DNA of 64,000 bases from Camelus ferus. Its lineage: Eukaryota. Position numbers and translations under genes: made by a program. The stretch spans positions 109,556,001 through 109,620,000 of the forward strand of contig NC_045697.1 in assembly GCF_009834535.1 (NCBI RefSeq), written 5' to 3'. Positions within the stretch are counted from its first letter, which is position 1, and each line of letters opens with the position of its first letter. The notes under the pieces were generated by a model. The model ran no database searches and was not told the origin of the DNA. It was given only the letters and a program-made list of their open reading frames with translations. Of the stretch, positions 12,166 through 25,710 are shown piece by piece.

Positions 12166-15100
12166 GCTTAAACTTATATTTAAAAGCAATACATGGCCCC
12201 GGTATCATAAATTATTCCCATCATCTGTCCTGCCTTCCTTACGTGTGTAAAAGTTCACAAAAATATAGTAAAAAAATAAGGTTTGGGAGAATAACCTGGT
12301 TATTTCAGAGTGGTAGGATTTTGCATGATTTTTTTTTCTCTTTCTTTAAATGACTGTGCTTAAACTCTATGTCATGTAAGTAAGTGAAGTGAGAATGATG
12401 AGAAAATCACAGACAATCCCAACTAGGAATCTGCAGCCTGCTGAGAAAGACAGGGCATTCCCACGTAGTCAAGTGCTAAAATCAGTCCACCGTGGAGGTG
12501 GTGTCGGACGGGAGATGCCCGCCTAGCCTGCAGCAGCCGCGGGCAGTCCCCGGAGGAGGCAGGCACTTGTGCAGGTGGAGGGAGGAAAGGCAGGGCAGGG
12601 GACGGGAGCAGTAAGGGAATCTTCTGATGAGAAGAAGCTCAGGAGGGGGAGTAGGGGGAGTCGGCGTCCTGCCAGGGGGCCAGGGCCCTCGCGTGCCAAG
12701 TCCAAGTTTGGCCTTTATTCCCTGCATCTCAGTTGGGAACAGAATGAAGTAAGTGAGCGATAAGCAACAGGAAAGGATGGTCACCTGCTGAGGAACTTCG
12801 GGATCGAATTTTTGAAGGCACATTGGTTCACATAGAAAGTCTTTTTGGAGTACTTGGCCTGAGGGTGGCCAGCCTAGGGGCCCTGCTGCAAATCATCGAG
12901 AGCTATTGAAGCTTCCTGAACTTGGGCGGCTGGGGAGAGGGTGGATAACAAATGGGAAGCCACCTGCAGGCTGCGATCTTTTTGCAGGTCGTCATTGAGT
13001 GTCTCTCAATTCAGTTTCACCGAGGCAGGCAGAAGGCCTGTTGTAAAGAGCCCGTGCAGTGGTTAGTAAGTGCCGGAGTGAACGTGTGAATTGCGTCTCT
13101 GAAGTGTTAGTCTGCGTGTTTTGGAGGCTGGGCTGGGGAGGGCACACATGAGCAGCAGCCCTCTTGTAACCAGGCTCTTCCTCTGCCGGGGGCGTGATGC
13201 AGTCAACACCGTGTCTGGACGGGAGCCGGTGTAACCCACGGGGAGAGCAGAGGGAGAGACAGAAGAACCAGCAGGACTTCTTAGCGCCTCACTACATAAA
13301 GGACAGGACCAGTTTTTCTGCCAGAGCCGTTTGTAAAAATAACTCCACGGTTTTAAGTCTGGGTAACTAGAAGATGGAGAATTGGGATTAACGTGAAAAG
13401 TTCATTTTTATGTCTGTCAAGGCAGTGGTGCTTCGAGGTTAAGAGCGTAGACTTTGCAGTCAGACTTCTTGAGTGTGAATCCAGCGCGACACTTACTCCT
13501 TTACCTTGGCTGAGCTACTCAGCATCGCTGTTCCCTCATCTGAAACATGAGGGTAATGACAGCATGTGGACCTCATCGGGTCGGGGGGGTTGGCTGAGCG
13601 AATGTCAGTGTCGAGAATAGCAGCACCAGCAAGTACCGCCCAGTGGTGAGAACCACGGGAGTGACAGGTCTTGACTGGTCATCGCCAACAGACAGGGGCG
13701 GCCGGAATGGGACCCCGGGGGGCCTGGTCACGGGAGCTACGGAGCCAGCACCTTCCATGGCAAGGCAGGCCTGGTGTCCTAGAGTTGGGAGTTGTCCCCG
13801 TGGAGGTTAGAACGGAGGGGTGACGGGCGTTCTCCCACATGTGTACAGAGATCGGGGTTGCAGACGGCTTGATGGGGCACATATAGCAGAGGGCTGGCCA
13901 GCTCGCCGAGCCACGGAGGCAGAAGCCAAGCCATGCATTCGATAGAGGAGGACATGAGGTCATGAGTAGAAACTTCCGTGGTCCACTGCAGTGAGGTAGA
14001 AGCTGAAGCTGAGATGGGCAGGCCTGTTGGCCCCACAGCCCTGTGTCCTGGAGGAGAGGTGGGCGCTCATCGCTCCAGGCCCCTCGGTCTGCTGGCAGTC
14101 AGATGGTGCCCTGCCTGCCGCACGTGGGGTGCGGGGCCCCTGTCTCAGCCTCTGCCGCCAGCCCCAGCTCTCCCCCAGCTCCTGTGCCAGACTTGCCCCG
14201 TCCGCATGTGCCCTTGGCTGTGGCCTTGCTCTCACTCGGGGCATCCTCTCCCCGGTGTGTCCTCACAATCAGGTCTCAGGGAGCACGAGCCGCGTCTTTA
14301 TCTCTGTCTGCAGAGCCCAGACGCTTCCTTGACACGGTCCCAAGGGTTGTGTAAGTTCCTCCCTCCTTTCCTGATCTGTGAGCCTGGGCAGGACAGACAT
14401 CTGGCCTGAGTGGGGGCAGCCGGCGTGACAGTGGGGATGCAAGGGGTCCGAGGATGCAGCGGGTCTGGGGGACTCGGGCTGTGCTGGGTGGTCCTCAGCT
14501 CCTCGCAGTGACCGGAGTGGGTTTTCTGGTTGCGGCCTGGTCAGTCATTCCTTTGCTGTCTCTGTGACTCACTCTCAGAGTTCCGTAGAACTCTTCCTTA
14601 AAACCCCCTGAGTGTACTTTCCATTTCATTGTTCATTTGGAGAAAATCATTCTCAATAAACACATTCCCAAGTGCAGTGCTCAGTGTTTGTTTTTCTTGT
14701 ACATTCTTGGGGCCTAACTTTGCAGCTAAGAAAATTGTATAAATCTGTCTGTAGCACATGGGGAACATTCTTCTAGATTTATTGGCAAAGGAGGTTGGAA
14801 CCCACATTTGGGAGCCACAAACTAAATTTTAATCCCAGCATTGGCTGTTTATTTTCTTTTAAGCAGATCTTTTTCTTTTTTTTTTTTCCCCTTAGAAAAG
14901 GAATTCGTGATTATTATGAAAGCATAAAGGAAGGAGGGAAAGATCTGTCCAAAATGGACTCCTTTTTGCATTCTTCCTGTGTTCTCTTCCTTCTCTGAGC
15001 AGGTGTTTAAAAACTCAGGGTCATTTTTATTGTCTGTATAGTTTTGTTATAATGTCGTACTCCTGAATTTTCTCATGTTAGAAATTCACGGGGAACTTTG

Positions 15101-18100
15101 TTTTTGGTGGTTACGTAATGTTCCATCATTTAGCTGTGCCCATAATCCGGACCACTCCCCTGCAGTTGGACTTTAAAGTCATTTTGCAACTTTGACTTTG
15201 CGTAAGTAACACTATGATGAGCTGTTTTGTTGTTAAGTCTTGCCTGAGTACCTGGTACATCCTTCCCCTAGACTTCCCGAAATAGAATTAAAGAGGATCA
15301 GCTGGGAAGGCCCCTCGTGCGAGCTGCCAGCTTGCTTTCCAGAAAGGTGGAGCAGATTTCCCCTCACACGCGGTGTACGAGAAGGATCATTTTACTCTGG
15401 TCTCAGCAGCACGGTTATTTTTTTTTTGACAAAGTCTTGGTCAGTGTGATAGGTAAACGGTTGTCTTGTTTCACATCTCAATTTGCATCTCATACTAGGG
15501 GAAAGTAAGCATTTTCCTTCATTGTTTTGTAAAATTCTGAAAAACAGAAGCAACAAATCATGCATCCATGATCTCACCATGGACTCTTTAAGAATTTTAT
15601 TTTATTTTTTTTAAAGTAAGTTAAGCAGTAAATGTCCAACCGGATATCACTGGCCCTGCTCAGAGGCACACACTGTTAGGTATGCTGCCTCCCCAGCCCT
15701 GCCTCCTGTTTGCAGCACAGGAACGCCGTGTAAACACACTTTGTGGTTTTAAAGCCAGAATGGAAAGATGAGGCACTTGTCTATGATCTGTCTTTCCTAA
15801 AAACATACTTTATTATTAAATATTTTGAACAAACTATTCATGTTTTGGGCCTTTTCTCTTTCTTTTGTGAATTTGCATTTCATGTCCTTTGCCCACTTTT
15901 CTAGTGAATGTTAGTGTTTTTCCCTTGTGTTCTGTTAAGAACATGGGTGATGGTATTAACTCTATCAGATAGTAACAGCAGATCTTTTTCTTTGTTTGCC
16001 CTTTCCCTCTTTTTTTTTTATTTGCTTTGACTTGTATGCAGTGGCTTTAACAATACCTTTGTGCAGTCAGCCTGTAATTGCTCTCTGATTTCTTCCTTTG
16101 CTTTTATCAGTAAAGCTTCGTAAATCGTATTTCCCACCCTGTGGCCAGTTGAATTGTCCCTCCTGCAGGGAGATCAGAGAACTTAGTTCAAACAGTTCAA
16201 CAATGGTGGTGGTAACAGCCCAGTCTTCTGTAAACTGCTTGCTGTGTGTCAGGTAATTTAATGCTTACAGCCGTCTCCTGAGGAAGAAACCGAGGCAGAG
16301 AGAGGCTGTCTCCTACCCGAGATTCCGCAGCAAGTCAGCACCAAGGTTCAGACCAGGCGGTCTGGCCTCAGAGATGGTGTCTCAATTTCAAGTCCACGTG
16401 GACTTTCAGTTTCCTGGTTAGTCCCGCCTCCCCGCGTGGGACACCTCCCTCCCAGGAAACAGAGAGTCCATTGTCCCTTCATCCATCCTCCTGCGTCTTG
16501 ACGAGTCTGTGGCTCTAGTTCTCCCAGTCTGCGTTCCCCTCTGTCACATCCGCTGCCAGCCTGGTCTCCCCCAGCTGCCTCGGGCCGGGGTCCTCACTGC
16601 CCGAGCTCCCCTGTCCCTCTCCATCACGCACGCACACGCAGCCAGCGGAAGGGCCACTCACTCGTTTTCTGTTCCTCCGCTTGTCTCCTGCCTCTTCGCT
16701 CCCCTGTCCACACCCGCTTCCCGGCCCGTCTGGTCTTTGCTGTGGACGCTGCTCCTCCAGCACGCCCCGCATGCTCCTAAATTCACTCTCCGTATATTCA
16801 TAGAAGGTGATGATGCCCCTGACCGCCGAGGCCCACCCGCGTGTGGTTCTGCAGTACCTGCCCTCTCGCGGGCACGTGATGGCCGTTCTGACCGGGTGGG
16901 GTGGAAAGGCAGCATGCGGCAGAGTGACTCCGGACCGGCTCACCCCCTGACTCCACGGAGAGGCTGGTCCTTTTTGTGTGTGCCCCTGGAGGGACAGAGA
17001 GGCTCAATACTTGCTGTACTGAAAAGCCTTTTCATCCCTTAAAAGAAGACAGAGTAGGGCAGGAGAGGGGGAAACTGCCCTCCCCAAAGCTGGAAATCCA
17101 CAAGGAGCACTACAGGAATAAATGTGGTTTGTATTTACCGTTTAACATTGGGTCATGTCTGACCATATGTCTTTAGTGTGAGTATTTAGCATCAAACTTA
17201 AAACAATTAGCAGAAGGTCCTGGAGGATAGGGTTTTGTGTGTTTAACTTGTCATATTTTCAAAATACCTTCAGAATCAGAAAAAAAGTTAATATATACTG
17301 GGGGGAAATAGAGGAGTCTAAAGAAGAAAGCAAAAAATACCATAATCGCACCACATGTAGAGTTACAATTTCATTGTATGTCTAGTGTTGGCTGATTGTG
17401 GTGAGCGTATTGCTTTAATAGATACACGAGGCTTTCAGTACCCAGATGTATCATGTGCAGACCTCTAAAACCTTTTATTTCTCTTCTTCCAAGTCTGTTT
17501 TAAAGGGGCAGCGTGATGGAAGGAAGAGAAAGAGTTAATTGTTAGAAGGCGTAAGACACGAACTACTTTAAAATGTTAAAGGTCAGGGGAACCCCCTCCC
17601 CTTGGGCCTGTTAGGAGAGCATGCCTGATACTGAAAAGGGGAAAAAGCCCAAATTAAAAAAAAAAAGGATGTCTATGTATATAATATATGATATATTATC
17701 TATACTGTATTTGTATCTCACGCTCAATTGCTTTTCAGAACCACATTGAAAAAACATCAAGCATATTCTTGCCTTATTTACTTAAAAAGCTTAAACTTGT
17801 TTGGAGCATTCTCTGGAGTTTTGGCTGTTCTCTTAAAGTTCATCTATAAACACAAGCATAAATACATAAATTATTCCTAAGTTGAGTTTTTACGTGATTT
17901 TTCTTCAGTAGTTAATTCATGCGAATTGCACATACCAAATAAACAGGTGAAGGATGGAGGATTTATTGCCACTGAGGCTAACAGCAAGCTGACCATAAAT
18001 TGCTAACAGATGTTTTGCCTTTCTAGCCCCTGAGGAATTTTATAGGCAACATTTTTTTTTTTTTTTCTTTTTTGCAGAGGTTGAAGGAGGTAGAGAAAAA

Positions 18101-18294
18101 AAGGAAATGAAAACAAACTGGAGACTAAGAAATGTATGTCTCAGTTTTCACCAGTGCTGGAATGTTCTGAATCCAGACTGTGTTGGTCTTCAAAAGTTAT
18201 AAAGAAAAAAAATCATGCAGAAGTTTTTTTATAATGTGTATTTAGTAAGTTTAAGCCTTTACTAAAAGTTGCCTTTTTTTTTTTTTCTTTTTAG

Positions 18295-18419
18295 CAAGAA
18301 GATCCTTCTAGGAAGAAGAAGCTTCAGGAGAAAAAAGAAGGAAGTTTACAAAATTTAAATTGGAATAAAAATCGAACGTGTAGAAAAAACAAGAAAAGGA
18401 GTGCTGCCCAGGTCTTGAG
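18295..18419 (+). CDS. TMEM131L: TMEM131L coding exon ([16 protein letters not shown]...[12 protein letters not shown]), basic
   Basis: T-tract plus TAG ending 18294, GTACGT donor at 18420; 125 nt, phase 0/2. Confidence 0.92.
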
Positions 18420-20868
18420 GTACGTCGTGTTTGCAGTCCCTTTAAAATCTTCATCCATTATTTACTCTGCAGTTTTCCATTTAGCTCTTTATCTTTCAAT
18501 CTTATTTTTGTGAAGTTGGATACAGGTAATATGAGAGTGGCAGTTTTGGATTTTGAGATAAAAATATGTTATGAAAATGAATATTCTTAAAATTAACATA
18601 TCTTCTGGTTCCATTTTTATTTATTTTGTTGAAAACTCCTTCACATGAACCTATTTTTAAAATTTTACTTAATGAAATGCTAAAAGCTGTGGGTGCTTTT
18701 AGGGAAAAAGCATAGACACCCCTCCACACCAGGACCTTCCTTCTGCCTGTGACACGCAAGAGCGCTGGTGGAGCGGGTCACAGAGAGAAACCCTGGGCAC
18801 AGGCAGCCCAAGTCCCCACTTGATCCTGACCCCACTGGGCTGCCTGGGGTCCTGATAATGAAGGAGAATCCTCCTCATGCACAGAACCATCAGGCCCTTC
18901 AGTCCTGCAGAAGGTGGGTTCCCGGGGCTGTGGGCAGTGAGGTGCGGACACCCCGTGGTTTGCTGGAAGGGGCAGAGCCGGCCGTGAACCAGTTAGGCCC
19001 TCTCCTAGGGAACCCTTGCTTCCTTGAGACACTTAATCTCCCTGAGCTTTCAGTATCTTATCTGTGGTTATCCCATATTTCTGGGTTTCCAGAAATCTCT
19101 CTTTCCATTGAATTTTCGGTCAGTTCTGCAGCTTGAGGAATTTTTCCACCAGGTCAGGAGTGTGTGCTTTCTGACTCCAGATCCCCACCTGGTGGTGTCG
19201 TCTCTGAGTTTTGACTCCTTGGGTTAGATTTCCAACGCCCTGCACACAGGCACGGGGAGCGCCTCCAGCAGCAGTGACCTCCCTGGGCCTGGTTTTATGA
19301 AGGAGACTCAGGCCCAGCTCCCTGAGCCCGCCCTGAGTGGGCGGCGAGGCGTGTTTCCTCCCTTGACGCCCCTCCGCGCCCACCACTCTGGCTTTTCTTT
19401 TGAGTTCCAGCAACTGGGGATTTCTCTTTCCTATGAGCCCAGCTCGGCACTTAACTGTGTTTCTGTCAGCTTGTCCTCTAGCAGGTCCAAACTGGTGTGG
19501 GGAGAGGGGTGCACCTCGCTGAACTTCCTCTGGTTGGAAGGGAGCTCTGGCAGAGCCTCCGCCTGGTGGCAGGAGCCCCTGATGGGGGCACATAAGATGC
19601 TACTTACAGTGTCTGTCTCCAGGTTCCCACAGAAGTTGTGATCGGGAGCTCAGACCTTGGGATTCAGCCCTGAAATGTGCCCCCTGGCACATCCTGCTCT
19701 GGGGAGGTGACCCCAGCAGGGTCAGCAAAATGCAAATAGAGAAAAAAGAAAGATACCCATGGTCAGATGATTATTAACACTGAATCCTGGTCACTGACTG
19801 GTAGTTATTCTCATTTAGGCTGAATTATTTGAAAGCTGCAATGTGGTCTCCGGTAGAAAGGAAAAATCACCCCTTGTATTCCTTTACATGTATTTTCGTA
19901 AAAATTTGAAGGACTTAAGTGGAATAGAGAGAGAAAACTAGAGTGAAATTTCGCCATGAAATGTTCTGATGTGTTTTTAAAAGCAGATTTCTGACATGCT
20001 AAAGAAACAAATTAAGTTGTTAAAGAGTAATTCCCAGGTAGCTTGTAGCTCGTCAAATGTTTTGAGAACACGATGCTTAAGGAGGTGACTGTCACTGGCT
20101 TGTCTGTTTCCTTGGCTCGTGCTTCTGTACGCCATTTAGCCCGAGCGGTCAGAAACGAGTGAGACTGTGGCTCCAACTCACATATCTAGTCTTACCTGCC
20201 ACCCTCCAAACCTGCCGTGAGCTGCTGAAGTTGGACCATATGCAGTAATCATCTAAGCATTCCTGTAGCATTCTCTACGTGTTTCTATGTTTCCTATAAC
20301 TGTGTTATAGGTCTTTCCTCAAGTTCACGGTCTAGCCAGAGAGAGATTAGTATTGGACTATGAACTCCTGGGAGAGGAACTTCATTCTTTGCAGACACTG
20401 CACTGTTTTTCCTAACAATATGTGGCTCGTGGTCATCACTCAGCAAATGTTTGCTTAAGTGGATGAATGAGGAAAGATTTAAGTTAACACTCAGGACTTC
20501 CCCCTGGACACCACGGGCATGTTCACCTGCTGAGAATCATATTTTACACTAGAACCAAGGAAGACATGCCAAGAGTTGTGGGTTCTGTTCTCTGCACCTG
20601 CCACTTGCCAGTGGACCTTGGGCGACTCGCTTAACCTGCGGAGTTTTATTCCTCTTGCTGAAAAATATGAAGAGATTAAATGAGCATCGACTTAATTCTG
20701 ATTCTGAAATGGCAAACTCTTGTCCTTAGTAATAACATCTCCCCCTTCCTCATCATCTCCCCGCAGACCCAAAGAGAAGGGGTCTCCAGTTGTCCCAGAT
20801 TCGTATTCTCCCCTCGGATAAGTCTTGAGGAAATCAAGTAGGTATGTTTGCAGGATAACACGTGATGT

Positions 20869-20904
<36 letters not shown>

Positions 20905-20917
20905 GTGGCTCTTCCAG

Positions 20918-21084
20918 GCCTTCTGAACAGAGTGAATTAAAGCTTGTGTGCAGTGAATTGGAAAGGTCAGAGCTGAGTGGCGACCTGGATGTAAGAAGCT
21001 GGTGCATCCAGGAAAATCCCGGGGAAACGTGTAAAACAGATGCTGGCCTGGGACGCAGCTTACCTGCCGCGCAGGGAGAGGCAG
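20918..21084 (+). CDS. TMEM131L: TMEM131L coding exon ([18 protein letters not shown]...AAQGEA)
   Basis: CAG ending 20917 after a T33 tract, GTATGG donor at 21085; 167 nt, phase 2/1. Confidence 0.92.
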
Positions 21085-21959
21085 GTATGGAGCCTTGCTG
21101 AGCTGCCCACGTGCTGCTCTCGGGGTTGCTGCTTCTCCGGGGGAGTGTCCAGTGTGTCTTGATGAGATTGTCACCTCCCAGGCAGTGTAGCTCACTGGAG
21201 CCCGAGTAGGATGCTGTCAGGAGGAGTCCAGGTGCTGGGATTCTTCTGAGATTCTTTCCCTAGTGTTGTTGCCCCTCCCGACCTCCCCCTCCCCTGACAC
21301 GTAGCCATTCTCATCTCTGCGCATGCAGATTGCTGAAGGGACGGTTGGTGCTTGCTCTGGACTGACTTCCTCGGGAAAGAGGGGAGTGGGGAAAAGGCAG
21401 GTGAGAACAGCGGCTGTTCTCATGCACACGTGCTAGGCGGTTCCCGCAGAGCCAGGCTGCTGCCCCGTGAGGGCTGATGGGTTGGGTCCTGGGGGGGAGG
21501 TGGTAGAGGGCACCCAGCGCTGGGTCCAGGGTAGGGCAGTGCACATTGGGTGCCAGGCGGGAGAGTTGGGGTGCTCCCGCTGACACCCACGTTCCCAGAC
21601 ATGTGCCCACGTCAGTGCACCCGAGACAGTACGCAGAGGTAGCGGGGCTTCTTGTTCAGCCCCTTGACACGTGTGTGTTGCCTCTGGATCTTATTAGAGG
21701 TTCTTCCCACCCACTCTGGAACTCTTGGTGGACATTTTAATAAAGAAATTACCTATAAATCTCCAGTCCAGTAGAATAGCTTTGATTTTCTTGAGAGAAA
21801 TGCTTGTTATTTCCAGAACCGTTTTGGGGTCAAGATTATTATTGGAATTGACGGTCTGAGCCCCAGACAGCATTAATTGTCCATCTGACAGCAGAGCACT
21901 TAGCACAGCACAGCTCACCCCAGTGGTTTCTTAAGGTCCCATCATTAGTTTCAGTTAAT

Positions 21960-22270
21960 TTTTGTTTAATTGAAGTATAGTCAGTTTACAGCGTTGTGTC
22001 AATTTCTGGTGTACAGCATCATGTTTCAGTCATACATGTACATACATATATTCCTTTTCCTATTCTTTTTCATTATAGGTTACTACAAAATGTTGAATAT
22101 AGTTCCCTGTGCTCTACACTATAAACTTGCTGTTTATCTACTTTATGTGTAGAAGTTAGTATCTGCACATCTCAAACTCCCAGTTTATCCCTTCCCATCC
22201 CCTTCCCACCCTGGTAACCACCAGTTTGTTTTCTGTGTCTGAGTCTGTTTCTGTTTGGTAAATAAGTTAA
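21960..22270 (-). mobile_element. L1 3' UTR fragment
   Basis: TTGAAGTATAGTCAGTTTACA...GAGTCTGTTTCTGTTT. Confidence 0.8.
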
Positions 22271-22414
22271 CTTTTCTTCTCTCTGGATGAGCAGAGGTCG
22301 CAGGATCTGAAGTTGAACCTTGCCGTCTTCATAGTTTGGCCTCCCTCCTTTGATGAGAGTTGGCCTCGCGCTGAACGTTGTGTAGGTGAACGTGGCCTCT
22401 CTTCCTCCCTGCAG

Positions 22415-22600
22415 AGGGTTACTACCAGGATTCCAGGAAGAAGTGCGGGGAGAAGTCCTGCTCAGACTCCAGCTCGGACTGCGGCAGCTCCTCGGGGAGC
22501 GTGCGTGCCAGCCGGGGCAGCTGGGGCAGCTGGAGCAGCACCAGCAGCTCCGACGGGGACAAGAAGCTCACGGCGGGCCCCCAGCACTTCCAGCCGGCCG
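22415..22600 (+). CDS. TMEM131L: TMEM131L coding exon with Ser-rich [26 protein letters not shown] motif
   Basis: CAG ending 22414, GTGAGT donor at 22601; 186 nt, phase 1/1. Confidence 0.94.
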
Positions 22601-22841
22601 GTGAGTCCGGGGCTGAGTCGTGGCCCCGCTCCCCGCCCTCCTCCGGACCCAGGACGAGGGCCAGGGCTGCCTCCCCGGCCCGGAGCACAGATGCCTGTGC
22701 CTTTGAGTGTTTGCTGTGCTTTGAATTTTATCCACTTTCTTTTTCTTCCTTCCTTCCTCCATCTGTTATTATTAGTAGTATTATTATTTAAGTCTCCATC
22801 TTGGAAACAGTTGGAAGAATTCCCACGTTTTCACTTGTACA

Positions 22842-23300
22842 TTTTTATTGTGGTATACACAACACAATTTACCATTTTAACTGTTTCTGAGTGTACAGTT
22901 CAGTGGCATTGAGTACATTCGTATTGTTCTGCAACCTCCACCACCGTCCATCTTCAGACCTTTTCCATCTTTTCAAACAGAAACTCGGCACCTAGTCAAC
23001 CCCAGGTTTCCCTTCCCCACCCCTGCAGCCCTGTGACCTCTGCTCCACTTGCTGTCTGTGAATTTGGCCACTCTGGTAGCTGGTCAGGGGAGTCACACAG
23101 ATTTGTCCTTCGGTGGCTGGCTTGTTTCATTTAGCATGATGTCTTCAGGGTTCACCCATGTTCTGACATGGCAAGGTTTCCTTCCTTTTTAAGGCTGAAT
23201 ACTATTCCGTCATGGGTATATACCACATTTTGTCTGTCCATTCTTCTGTTAATGGACACTACCTTTTGGGTATCATGAATAACGTTGCTGTAAACAGTGG
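22842..23300 (-). mobile_element. Old L1M (L1MB-like) 3' fragment
   Basis: Similar to 8885-9425 (GTACAGTTCAGTGGCATT, AAGGCTGAATACTATTCC). Confidence 0.75.
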
Positions 23301-24677
23301 TCCCCACTTTGAGAAATTTGAAGATGCAGGAAAGGTGGAAGCAGCATCTGTATTTCTATGACCCAGAATTAATTCCTCTTAATTTTGTCAGATTTGTCCT
23401 AATTTTGTTTTTAAAGAATAATACTTTATAGCCTGTTCCATTTCCCCCTCCTTGAGAGACTCACCATCCAATGTCATAGACTTGGCGTGTATTCTTTTAG
23501 TCCATATTTTATTTTACATTCACACAGCCATCAACAAAATAGAGAATTGTTTTAATTTACACAAAGGAGATCGTACTTCAGGGTAGCACATTGTGGCTTG
23601 CTTTTCCCTTGGCATCATTGGTTACAGCTCAGTGTCTATGTAAGGATTTAATTCACCCCTTTTCACTGTTACAGTCGACACAGAACGTGGTTAAGCATTG
23701 TATCAGGGCAGGGATTCCCGCTGGTGTCACCGTGGCATCTGTGGGGTGCTCGCTCTGTGGGGTGCAGAGGACCCGGGCTCAGAGGGGTCGTGTGGCTCGT
23801 TGGACACACTGGACCCCACGTCTCCCTCAGAGCCCAGCCCACTCCCCCCCACCTCCCTCTCCGTACAGCAGCCTCTCTGCTGGCCTCTGTTCTCCCTCCT
23901 GCCAGCAGTGGTACCTGTAAAGAAGGTCTCGTCTGACAGTCCAGGGCCCTGGTACCATAGCAACCTAGACAAACGCCCACTTGTGAGTTGATTCTGTTTC
24001 TCAGCCTTTTTCTCATCGTTGGCCCCTCCAGCAGGTGCCTTTGTGGACACCGTTTGCCTAACAACCCTCCTAAAATTTCAGTGCCACCGACATACACTGT
24101 GTATCTGTTTATTACTGTGTGCTGTGTCTCACACATAAATGATAAGCTATTCCCAGCCCCAGGAACCAAACCAGCCCCGCCCCATCTGCGGGGACAGTAC
24201 CGCCAGCGTGGAGGATGCACGGACTTGGATGTAGGCCCTGCTCGTGGCGTTTTATGTGGGGGCAGGGATGGTTTTCTTGGTCACTGAAGACAGCCTGCCT
24301 GATAGAAGTGCAGCTGGGGGCATAAGGCCAGCGACAGGAGAACGAGAAAGGTGTTGCTGTGACACGGTGGCATGTGATGCAGTCTGGGGGTGTCCGGAGG
24401 TTGTATAGTAAGTACCAGGAAAATGTCCCCATTATAATTAACGGTGTGAAAGACCAAAAAGGCAAAGTGTTTCTGAAGTATGATCCCACACATTTTATGC
24501 ATATACATACATAAAAAAATTTTTAATTAAAAAAATTAAATTACTCAATGTGTAAATGTCAGTTTAAAGTGAAAATCATTCATCTGCGGTTAATGATATT
24601 AGCAGTCTGCGTCTTAATATATATACAGTTGAATTATGCTTGTAAAAACTTGTGATCCTCTCTTTGTTTTTATGCAG

Positions 24678-24756
24678 GAGACAGTGTTTTGCAAAGTGAC
24701 TTTCCCCCCGAAACCCCCATCATCTTGAATCTTTCTCATAACATCTGCAACCCCAC
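24678..24756 (+). CDS. TMEM131L: TMEM131L coding exon ([25 protein letters not shown])
   Basis: CAG ending 24677, GTAAGT donor at 24757; 79 nt, phase 1/2. Confidence 0.9.
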
Positions 24757-25627
24757 GTAAGTGTTTCATTTTCCAGCTTCTGCAGTGTGTTTTAGGTACT
24801 GCTTTTCCTGTCATTCAGTGTGTTTTTTCTTTGCACTTGGTTCTGCAGGCGAAAATATAAACACCTTTTAAGGATGTGAGAAAGTAAAGTCTGATTTTAT
24901 TAACAGTTCAGAGCATGTGGTCCCTCCAGGTGAACACGGTCCCAGTGGGAGCATCGGGTATCGCTGGTCCTTTCAGTGATAAGGCCACGTTAGAGAACAT
25001 CTCATTCCTGAAAGTAGGAAGAACACGAGTTAGGGATGGGAACCATCTACTCTTTGCTAGGACTCGAAATAAAATAGCACTGATGATTCAGAAAAGTTTG
25101 CAGGAACCTAGTTGACCCGCATTTGTAATTTCGCCGTGTGCTGATTTCTGCAGCATCGGACAAGATAAACAAGCCCCATTTACTGAGAGAGAGAAAGGGA
25201 GGGGACGTAAGAAGGAGAGGGCTTCAGAGTGAGAAGTGGAAGGAAGTGTTAGGCTCCTTGAGGGGACAGGAGGGTGTCATTCAGTGGAACTGGACAAGGG
25301 AGGCTCTGTGCGAACTGTTTCTGTCTGGGGTAGAGAGTAATTTGGGGCAGAGAACTGCTTCCCACTGGTGGGAGGTGGATTGGAAACTGCAGATCGATGC
25401 CCGAAGTTACCTTGGTTAAAACGTGTTGTTGTTTATTAAAACAAGACTTGGCTGGATCTGGGGAAGTTAACATTTCCAGCCCTTTTCTGGGTGTGTAACA
25501 TTGTGTCTCCAGTATCCGTATGTTTTTGAGGGGAGGCTTTCATGTAAAAACTCAGAGTGGGTCATACAAATTCAGTATTTCCTTGTTCAGAAAGTCAGTA
25601 GTTCCCCTCTTCGTGCTCTCCCCGCAG

Positions 25628-25710
25628 AGATGCGAGTGACCTCCCCCGGTTCTCGAATGCTGCCTGTCCCAGCCTTCCTGCTGGACCTGCGGGTGTTGAG
25701 GAAGACAAAG
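25628..25710 (+). CDS. TMEM131L: TMEM131L coding exon (DASDLPRFSNAACPSLPAGPAGVEEDK)
   Basis: CAG ending 25627, GTGAGG donor at 25711; 83 nt, phase 2/1. Confidence 0.9.
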
